NCBI GenBank assembly: GCA_964187785.1
Contig: OZ076418.1
Span: 9,982,001 to 10,046,000 of the forward strand
DNA length: 64,000 nucleotides
Reading direction: 5' to 3'
From: Amphiscolops sp. MND2022
Lineage: Eukaryota
Positions 24,684-33,604 of this stretch are shown one piece after another; the stretch's first letter is position 1, and every line of letters begins with the position of its first letter. The notes under the pieces were generated by a model, which was given only the letters and a program-made list of their open reading frames with translations, was not told the origin of the DNA and ran no database searches. Made by a program: the position numbers and the translations under genes.

Positions 24684-25090
24684 GGGCTGCAAATTAGGCG
24701 ATGGATAGCGGAATTCTATATATTGTAATGGCGATGGATAGTGGTATTCTATAAGTTTCTTGTACTTCGATCAGTTTTTTCCGCTAATAGCTAATTTATA
24801 AATCGCTGCTCCCCTGATAAAATTTTTCAAACTAATAATTGTTTGACTTCAAGTATCTTTCAAAAATGAACGATAATCTCATTTAGTTTTGCCAGAAAAA
24901 CAGACTGGAATTTTTATACTGAGTTTTACAGGTGTAAGAGTTGAAAAGTTTTGAAATTCATCTTGAAACTCCGAGTATTCTCAAATTTTTTGAATTCGGA
25001 CATTCCATTAGTTTGCGCTAGTTTGAATCGCTAATGAAAAAAAATCCTCAGCGGCCGCTAATTCGCTAAATAGCGGTGTCAAAACTCTGA
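24684..25090. repeat. interspersed repeat abutting the METTL13 start, same family as 520-832
   Basis: Ends GCTAATTCGCTAAATAGCGGTGTCAAAACTCTGAT; shares internal blocks with the 520-832 copy. Confidence 0.7.
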
Positions 25091-26198
25091 TTTGAATGAA
25101 TTTTAAATTGTACTAAATATACAATTGAGTGAACAGGCAATCAGAATTGGATCGTCGTCATCAATCAGCGTTTCTTAAAAAACGCTTCTGTATTCATCAT
25201 GTGCCCCCAGCCCGGGCGGCAGACAAAAAAATCCAACCAACATAGGAAACATAAAAAAATAAGGAAAGGATCATGCAACCAGAGAGTTCAAAGGACCCAG
25301 GAGGAACCTCAATTCAGAAACTCAAAGAGGCATGTGAACGGGTAACGATTACGAAGCAAAGAAGACATATATTTCTTAATGAAACAAAACAGACATTAAA
25401 ACGCGGATTTACAAGTAGTAAAGTTCGCTTAAGTGGTCTTCGTCCCGAACCGTTCCAACTACACTGGCCGCATTGCCTACCTGGATTGCGAGAGAGAGTC
25501 TCTGCCTGAAAAAGGACCCGGCTCTATTTTCTTGATTGCACACGCACAACTTTTTACAGAGGTTCTACAATTGAGTGTACTCTCAATTTTGAACAACTTC
25601 GACTCGATAACATTCTGGGTCAACTTTTGAGAACTTGTTTTTGGCGATGTCAAAGAACTTATATTTTGGCTTCAATTTCTACAAAAAACGAGAGGTCAAT
25701 GTCAATTTTTATTCATTTTTAGCACAGTAAAAATTAAATATAGAATATGGATGGAAAATCAAATCGGCAATTCATTTCAGAAACAAACAAAAGCATCAAT
25801 ATTAAAGAGCCCTGAGCAATTCAATGTCCACAATCATGACCAGACAATTTTTTTTCACTCCCACCAGATTTTTCGTTGGAGTCGATTTCAACAAAAGCAT
25901 GCTTAATTTTCCCTGGGGGTATCTTTAGTTAAGGTTTCAAACGATGCAGAGACTTGAAGATATTCTCTCATTTTTCGGAAAAATAGTGAAATGTGATAAT
26001 CGAGACCATTATATGACAACAATTATAGGACTTTAACAGTTTTTGGTCATATCCAGCATCTTTAGAAGTTCTCCGAATTCGTTCGAGATCACACCAGCTC
26101 TCAGAAATTTTAATACAATTCTAGGCGTTCTTCCAAAACCTCATCTTGGCGCTGTGGTTGATACAGCCATGACGTCATTATGATGCAACACATGTTGC

Positions 26199-27884
26199 TC
26201 ATTTCGCAATTGGATCAATCGGCACTCCGACTTTCTTCTGCACTCTCGGTTCCACAAACTTTTTGAAAGAAGCTGTCGTGTTGAAATCCGGCCCAATCGA
26301 TTGTCGCATACTGCGTTCAAAGGCTTCTGCTTTTTTAAATGCAAAAGGCAGGTTTCTAGATTTCACTTGATGCTCGCTGAGTTTCTCATTCTTGCTCTCG
26401 TTGAAAACGACCCATCCTCTGTTATTCGGTTTCTTTTCAAAAAACTTCGGCTTCTTTTTCGGTTCCGGTGCTGCCGCTAATCCAGGACCCGTCCACTCAC
26501 CCCATCCACGAAATTCTTCTTGGCTCTCAAGGTCCGTTTTCTTCTCAGAATCTTCTTGAAGCTCGTCAAAAAGATCCTCATCGTCTTCAAATGCTTCTTG
26601 CAGCATTGCGTTGTCTTTACTTGAGATGGCAAGATTCATATCCGGGTTTGTGGCACGCAAAAAGTTACTCGGGTTGATCAACAAATTGGTATTCTCAGAA
26701 TTTGTTGCTGGGATAAACGTTCCGGCGTTGCGACCTGTTAACACCGTTTCGCCCAAACATTTGAACTCCTTCAAAAACTCGGTATTGCTTTCTTCTGATT
26801 CAGACATCAATTCATCGTCTTTCATTTCAGTTTCCGAATCATCGTCAGGGTTATCGTTCGATACTGCCTCTGGTTTTGTATAGACTTTTTTCTTAGGTAT
26901 GACTGTCCATTCATTATCATCGGATATTTCAGAATCGCTTAAGCCTCCGCCGATGCTCATCTTTTCATCTTCGCTTTCTTCTTGATCAACCTTATCGGTC
27001 AACTTTTTGTGCAGCGCTTTCTTCTTTTGAACTTCGTCTCTAAACGCCGTGTCGTGTTTCATGTAATGTGCAAGCTTTCTCTCCCATTTTCCAGTTCGTT
27101 TGTGCCTCAAAGTAGCCCTTTCGGATATTCTCTTTTCATACAGAGCATTTTCCAACCCCTTTTCTACAAGTTGGTCTTTCATTTTCTCCATTTTATGCTG
27201 CGTTTTCAGTCTTTTGAACTTCTTGCTTTTGATCGCTTTCTCCCGTTTGAACCTCGCCGCTTGTTTGGCGGTCAAAATTCTGTGTCTTCTCAGTGCTTTT
27301 AACCTGGCTGTAACTTCGTCGTCTTCAAGGTTGTTCAAAGCGTCTTCCTCTTCTTGACTGAGTCCTGACGTTGTATCGACAATATGAGTCGAAGAAGCTT
27401 GCAAAGTTGCATAGATCTGCGCTTCTAAACTCGAAGGCTGTGCCTTGGATCTGGCACTGAGATCCTGAGTAGTGGAAGTATAAGCTAACGGTTCCTTGTC
27501 CAAAGGAAACTGCAGTTTCCCGGCTTTTCTGTTGGCTTTCACCAAAGGTTCCCATTTTTTCATGTCTTTCGAAAGCTCACGATAATCCACATCTTGTTCG
27601 GCTTTCACGAGTTGATGTTTTTGCGGTTTCGGTTCAAGTTTTTTAGCCTCGTTGGTTTTGTTGAGAGCATCTGCAAGCGATGAAGAAGTAGTGTTGGAGG
27701 ATTCAACAAGTTTAGATAAGTCCACGACGCCACTGTCTACCGAATCGTTTCCAATAACCTTTGAGAAAGACCCTATTTCTCGTCGAACTCCGTCTAAGTT
27801 GTCTGCCGCTGCCGCTCTTGTGAATTTCTGCAACAAGGCCGAGTGTTTTCCATCGTCCATGATTTCATCGTCAGAGACATCCAT
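26199..27884 (-). CDS. UTP14: U3 small nucleolar RNA-associated protein 14 (Utp14 family), single coding exon, 561 aa
   Basis: Uninterrupted ORF with Utp14 hallmarks: MKKWEPLVKANRKAGKLQFPL, KAIKSKKFKRL, RISERATLRHK.TGKW, GWGEWTGPG, LPFAF..FERSMRQSIGPDFNT..VEPRV..GVPIDPI. Confidence 0.95.
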   Translation of the reverse strand: MDVSDDEIMDDGKHSALLQKFTRAAAADNLDGVRREIGSFSKVIGNDSVDSGVVDLSKLVESSNTTSSSLADALNKTNEAKKLEPKPQKHQLVKAEQDVDYRELSKDMKKWEPLVKANRKAGKLQFPLDKEPLAYTSTTQDLSARSKAQPSSLEAQIYATLQASSTHIVDTTSGLSQEEEDALNNLEDDEVTARLKALRRHRILTAKQAARFKREKAIKSKKFKRLKTQHKMEKMKDQLVEKGLENALYEKRISERATLRHKRTGKWERKLAHYMKHDTAFRDEVQKKKALHKKLTDKVDQEESEDEKMSIGGGLSDSEISDDNEWTVIPKKKVYTKPEAVSNDNPDDDSETEMKDDELMSESEESNTEFLKEFKCLGETVLTGRNAGTFIPATNSENTNLLINPSNFLRATNPDMNLAISSKDNAMLQEAFEDDEDLFDELQEDSEKKTDLESQEEFRGWGEWTGPGLAAAPEPKKKPKFFEKKPNNRGWVVFNESKNEKLSEHQVKSRNLPFAFKKAEAFERSMRQSIGPDFNTTASFKKFVEPRVQKKVGVPIDPIAK

Positions 27885-28118
27885 TATTCTGAAAACAACA
27901 AACCGTTTTTCAAATACCAGTGCTGGACTTGACCTTCTTCAGCCAAGGGCTAGCATGTCAAATTATCATTATATTTTTCATGATTTCAAAGCGAAAGATC
28001 TCGTTTTTAGTCGGCGCTTTATACTAGTAAAAAGCGCAAAACTTAGAGTGCCAAGTTTCATTTTCGACAGTCTGAAGCGCCCATTTTTATGAATGTTCAC
28101 GAATTTTTTATGGAAGAG

Positions 28119-28214
28119 GTCCCGCCTTTTGGCCTAGCGGTTAACGCATACTTTCGGACCTGGTGAGAGGACCTGAGAAGCACGAGTATGCTGATTCGAT
28201 TCCTGTGCTAAACC
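28119..28214 (+). pseudogene. tRNA-Arg(TCG)-like degenerate cassette
   Basis: TGGCCTAGCGGTTAACGC..CTTTCGGA..GATTCGATTCC; lies ~110 bp downstream of a Helentron-like 5' end at 28004. Confidence 0.4.
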
Positions 28215-29155
28215 ATTTTTCAATGCTCGCAAAGGCAGAGCAATGACCCTTTGTTTTTTTCGGAACTATGCGACACTTTTCTATTCTTTAAACCAAAGCC
28301 CCCTCCGATTATAATCAAACAGAGCATTTGCGAGCATAGAGGGCCCCTTGAAGTTCCCTTGACACTATGCGACTTTTCGAATTTTTTTGGAGAATACACA
28401 ATTTTTGGTTTCGAAGTTTTCTGTAACAGAAGACCCTTTTGAATCTTAGGTTGACCCCTTAGGTTGGTTATTTTTTGGTCCTGTGTGATTTTTCCCAATA
28501 TTTGTGGAAAAGACCTTCAGTTTTTTCGGCACTGTGAGACATCCGTTTAGACAAAACTCTTCTTTAGTCAAAGTGAACCAGCTTCACTTTTTGAAAATTT
28601 CATAGTTATAACACTTTACTCTGTTTGAACGTTGAGCGGGCGCCGATTGGACCGTTCCAGGCGCGTTGAAAATTATTTTGGGAATATTTATTTTCTGATG
28701 CTGAGTTGAGATGTAGAGTTGAACTTCCTCAAGTTCAAAAAAGGAAGTTATTTTTTTTAAATGCAAAGGGACCCTGTAAATTAATCAAATTTACAGTGCC
28801 AAAAACGACCCGAAGGGATAGCAAAAAAAGTCGGAAAAAAGTCTCGGAAAAAGTCTGTGCCGAAAAAGGAACTTTGAGGTTGCAAGTCGTTTTCAAGCCA
28901 AAAATTTATTCAAAGTAGGTACCCTTTGACCAAAATGAAACTTTTCTCAAGAAAAGTTGCACAACGTCGAAAAAACGTAGGTCTTTTCCACAATTCCACA
29001 GAAAAACGTAGGTCTTTCCACAATTCCACAAATGAGAAAACTCATCAGTTCTACAGAACCAAAAATAATTAAACATCGACTACCGGAGTTTTCGGTAAAA
29101 AAAATCGAAAAAGTAGCATTATGTCCCTCTATCTTTTTGAGCATTAAAAAAGCTT

Positions 29156-29237
29156 GGTTCAGTGCAGGACTCGAACCCACGTACATCTGATTCTTAGACC
29201 CAAACGTGCTTTACAGCCACGCGCTCATCACTACGCC
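29156..29237 (-). pseudogene. tRNA-Leu-like degenerate cassette
   Basis: Minus strand ..GTGGCTGTAAAGCACG..CTAAGAA..GTGGGTTCGAGTCCTGCAC; B box clear, stems imperfect. Confidence 0.4.
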
Positions 29238-29313
29238 GGTGTCGTGGCGGTCTCCAGTAGAAATTTATAAAATAAGTGTAACAAGCTTATATCTCAAAAG
29301 GAAGAGTATAAGT

Positions 29314-29803
29314 ATACCGGGAACGCAAGTCGGCGCCATATCTAAGGCTCAAAAACAGCAAAAGGACTTCAAAGTGTCAAGTATTCTCTTCTACCCGCAT
29401 TAGAAAAAAAATGAAAAAAATCCGAACTTTTTTTTGGTCTGCGGTAAGTCGCATAGTGCCGCAAAATGTGAAAGGGGGCCCTTTGGGAGCTTTTGAACAT
29501 CCATTATTTTGCAAAATAGAAAAAAAATTGAAGGGGGACTCTTTGGAGACATAAAAAAAGTCTCACAAAGCCGAAATAACCTGTACAAAAAAAAATTGGT
29601 CAAGGGCGGGACTCGAACCCACGTCCTTCTGCTTGGTAGACCTTAAAAAAGCCTAATTAACCTCTATGCCAAGTGCCAGTAGAAGTAGTGTGGCAGTTTA
29701 GTGTTAGTGCAAGTCAGCTTATAAAATCTGTCAGTTCGTTGATCTTAAAAAAAGAAAAGTCACAGCTATAGTCTGATTTCCTACGAAAAGCGCCGACTAA
29801 AAA
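29314..29803 (-). mobile_element. non-autonomous Helitron2/Helentron-like element (copy 6), same subfamily as 13336-13897
   Basis: Near-colinear with copy 3, including the tRNA-like cassette (29598-29677) and the end AAAAGCGCCGACTAAAAA. Confidence 0.7.
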
Positions 29804-30029
29804 TTGAAGGGGGGGCCTTTGGAGACATTTCGGAAGAAAAATCTCACAAAGCCGAAAAAGGCGGGGAAAGTCTCAGTGTCGAAAAAATCGGAAAGGGGAC
29901 CCTTCTGCTTTGTAATGGTTTGTATTTCATGTGAGGCTTTTGGATGCGTTTAAAATCAAGTACTGACTACTTTTGGTGAAAGTGCATAATGCAGAAGAAA
30001 TGGTACATACAGTGGTGAGCTGTGGTCTG

Positions 30030-30185
30030 ACGAACTTTGAAAACGCTATATCCAAACTTTGAAAATGTTACATCCGATTTTGGAAAACGGTACATCCGAA
30101 CTTTGAAAACGTTATATCCGAACTTTCAAAACGTTACATGGGAATTTGAAACGTTATATCCGAACTTTGAAACGTTATATTCGAA
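30030..30185. repeat. ~22-bp minisatellite
   Basis: Tandem (T)ATCCGAACTTTGAAAACGTTA units. Confidence 0.8.
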
Positions 30186-31967
30186 CTAAAATCCGGGTTA
30201 ACCACTCGGCTACGAAGTTGAACAAATTTTAAAAAAAGTGATCCGATCGCGTTGAACTGACGAAAAAAAATTAGCCTTTGTAAGAGTCGTACTTTTTCTT
30301 CGGAAACGCCGACTAAAAACAGTAACAAGTAGAGTTTTATCTGAATTCGGTATTCGGTAAATTATCAAATATCCGGTATCCGGTTGGGAAAAAGTGACAG
30401 GTTATTTCACTTGAAAACTGTGTAGAGTTATAATGTTTTCAAAAAATAGTTAATCAAACGCATCTTTGATTGCATTGCGTTCCATGATCCTCCACAGCGG
30501 TGGAAAAGATTCAAAATTTTGCCGATGAGTCCAACCATTGATATGAAAAAATCAATTTTGAAAAAATATATATATATATAAAATTTTTGAACAAATGAAC
30601 AAAAAAGTGGACCATTCAGAGTGAACTGAAAAACAACTACCCACTGTAAGAGTCGGACAATTTTCTTAGGAAAAGCGCCGACTAAAAAAACTAGGCAGTG
30701 TAATAGTCAGGCACTTTTCACGAGAAAAAACTTTCGAAACAGTTAATTCGTACCGCAATGAACCGCATGAAACTATAGCGTTAACAATGAATGACCAAGA
30801 TCTGCGGTCTGGAGAAAAAACTAGTCTCAGAAATTAGTCAGGCACATTTCTCACAAAATGCACCAACTAAAAATGCGAAAACCTCCAAATGGCATCGTAC
30901 TATGTGCGGAGATAGGAGATACGCTCATTGTCAAAACTTGCTGCTTCAACCTGAAAGCAATGTTTTCATTTCATTTAATGTCATGAAGCCCATGACCCGT
31001 TTGTTTTAATTTACAGATTGACAGAGAAAATCAACATACTCTACAAATATTTATATACCGTCTTAATTTTAGGTTGTTCACATTTTAGGTAATTACTTTC
31101 GATCAAAATGGCATCTGATTCGGAAACTGTAAGGCAAAGTTTGCAGAATTAAATATTGAAGTTCAGAGCTAGAATAAAACATTTTTTTTCATTAAACTGG
31201 AGTCCAGGTTATAGAAATCGCGAAGTTTGCTAATCGCGAAGTAATATAATTTCGATCCTTTCATTTTCAAAGTTATTCAAATGAAACTAGAAAGCTTTCT
31301 ATGAAACTTTGTTTCAATCCTTGCAGTGATTTGTGAGTTTTCGGCCAAAACATTTGAGTTTTTCTGAAACACTTTCCACAAAAAAGTCCATACCTTTCAA
31401 CACACTATTGTATGTCTGAATCAAAATCAACGAAAGCGGACGTGGGACATTAAAATAGTGATAATCTTCACATTCTATCGCTAACTGAGATTCGTGCCTA
31501 AACTTCAACATGAAAAAATGGATACAAAAGAATGTATTACATTTAAAATCACACGCCTATGAATAATATGCGCGGACAGTTCAAAGTTGCTCACAAATAA
31601 ATGGAAACCTTGAAAACATCAAAACAACGTCAAATAAAATGATAGCATCGATTCATCGATTAACCAGATAGTTCGGTGGGTGAGATTTCAAGAGTTCACG
31701 GTAGAAAAACATGCTGGGGGTTAGTTAAAAATGAGTAAGACAATGCCCGTAAAATAAATGACACGACCTTATAGCAGCCCACAGAACACAACAGAACAGA
31801 AATGATCAAAACTGCCAACTAGTTATCAACACAAAATTTCAGACGAGACCTTTTAAATGACCAATAAATAACGAATATACAGCAATACAATTTGTGCGTA
31901 GTGGAGACAGTTTTGATCTCAATCAAATTACACTTGCCAAGTTCACATTACCAGGTTGACTTTGCAG

Positions 31968-32261
31968 TTATGCCTTTGTCATGTGCTCCTTCAGATACTT
32001 CAGCAAACCAAAGGCTTGCACTCTATCAACATCAGGGAAAACTTTCTTGAAGTCATCATCAATGATTCTTATAAACCGCTTGTCCTTCGGATCTTGAAGT
32101 CCTCGTGACTTAATCACCTCCCACATCTTTTTCACTACCTGCGTTCGGGGCATTTTGTTTGACCCCACAATTGCAGCCAGATCTGCGGACAACTTGACGT
32201 CTGCGTTCAACCCAGTGTTGCGCTTGGGCTTTTCAGTAGTGGGTTCAGCGGATTTGACCAT
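31968..32261 (-). CDS. SWIB/MDM2-domain protein (UAF30/spp27-like), 97 aa; stand-alone gene or terminal exon
   Basis: GLNADVKLSADLAAIVGSNKMPRTQVVKKMWEVIKSRGLQDPKDKRFI..DDDFKKVF..VQAFGLLKYLKEH is a canonical SWIB signature. Confidence 0.85.
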   Translation of the reverse strand: MVKSAEPTTEKPKRNTGLNADVKLSADLAAIVGSNKMPRTQVVKKMWEVIKSRGLQDPKDKRFIRIIDDDFKKVFPDVDRVQAFGLLKYLKEHMTKA

Positions 32262-32600
32262 TTTCAGTTTCTGAAAAAATTACAAATGGATGAGTAATAC
32301 AGCAACCGTTAATTTAGTTCTAGATTGATTGCTCATTTATCGGAGCTACAGTATAATAGTTAACACGTCAGGCCGTGACTTGATGAATAGATTCGACTCA
32401 GATTACAAAGATCGTCGTTACTCATATGGTGCCATCATCAAATGATGAACACTTTCCTTCCGTTTAATAGCTTTTTTAGACCAGAAAAAACCTGTTAAAC
32501 TCAGACGCTGTTCATTAGAGATTTACCCAAAGTTTCTTGCATCCCTGTAGCTGAGAATTTGATTCGCAAGATCAATTGCCAAATACGTCAGACATTGTTC

Positions 32601-32727
32601 TGTGGTGCCTACAATTTCTTCATTTCGGAAAAACCATCGCGAGAGGTAAACACCAGAAATCATCATTATTTCTGGTGTTTACTTCTCGCGATGGTTTTTC
32701 CGAAATGAAGAAATTGTAGGCACCACA
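32601..32727. repeat. near-perfect inverted repeat (60-bp arms, 7-nt loop)
   Basis: TGTGGTGCCTAC...CACCAGAAAT-catcatt-ATTTCTGGTG...GTAGGCACCACA, one mismatch. Confidence 0.9.
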
Positions 32728-32840
32728 TGATGATCGTTTATAAGGGCATTCAACCAGCGCAATCGGGATGTCGGTGACTATTCATACAGCCGAATTTACA
32801 AAAAGGGTCTCAAACTGGGTCAGCAATAAATTAAAGACTT

Positions 32841-33079
32841 TGTTGTTGTTTGAAGAGTTGTTTTTATGAAATGATTGAATTAAATTTGATAATGACAAGA
32901 CAGTTTTTATTCAGTGAGAAGAGTAGAACAAACTTGACTCTTGAAATAAAATGGGAAAGTGTGAATAAACGTGGCAGAAAATCAACAGCTCAAACTTATA
33001 CGTAATTTCATGTGTTGAATTCTGATTAGTTGATTCAAAAGTTAGCATCACAAACGAATATTTTTAGAAAGCATCAACA
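32841..33079 (-). repeat. BEL/Pao 3' LTR (part shared with the 5' LTR)
   Basis: Matches 38545-38787 except a 4-bp indel and about two substitutions. Confidence 0.92.
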
Positions 33080-33604
33080 TATGTCGCCCGGGTTGAAGTC
33101 CTTCAATAAAAAGAGTTCCATTTTCAGATACTTCATGGCACATTTTGTCGATAACGACAGTGAGAGAGAGAGAAGTGGGAGGAAGCGGCGAGTAGATCCC
33201 TTCAAAGAGAGCCACGGATATGGTCTGCGAGACAATGATTCTGCGAAGTTGCCGGAATTCGAGATCCTCATTTTCTCTTGATTAACTGGCTGATCAGCAA
33301 TCATTTGTAGCTGCAAGAACGAAGTATATGCTATAAAATGCATCTTGTGATATATTGAAATGGTATATGTAGTAGTCAGTAGTCCAGTAGAAGGCATGCA
33401 TTTTTGATCATAAGATAACAACGACTTGAACAAGGATGATGAATCGATAATTCCGATAAACTAGAGACTAATGGGGAGCGAATATGCTATTTCCCACGGT
33501 CCGTATCCCAAACGGGTCATGAGGGGATACTTTTTGCGGCTGTGGGTTGACAGAAGAAACAAGATATAACGAAAATAACCAAAGTATTCTGTCACTTTCT
33601 TCCC

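Noticed and set aside
25273-25630. Possible plus-strand gene divergent from METTL13
   Set aside because: Short overlapping frames, no consistent splice path and no recognised motif.
3033-29677. Functional tRNA genes
   Set aside because: A/B boxes are present, but acceptor and anticodon stems do not pair in any copy examined; treated as pseudogenes or SINE-like heads.
31108-31134. ATGGCATCTGATTCGGAAACT|gtaagg as a micro first exon on the plus strand
   Set aside because: No downstream exon could be linked; insufficient evidence.
32440-32556. Possible C/D-box snoRNA (ATGATGA ... CTGA)
   Set aside because: No terminal stem or verifiable rRNA guide, no plus-strand host gene, and such motifs are frequent by chance in AT-rich DNA.
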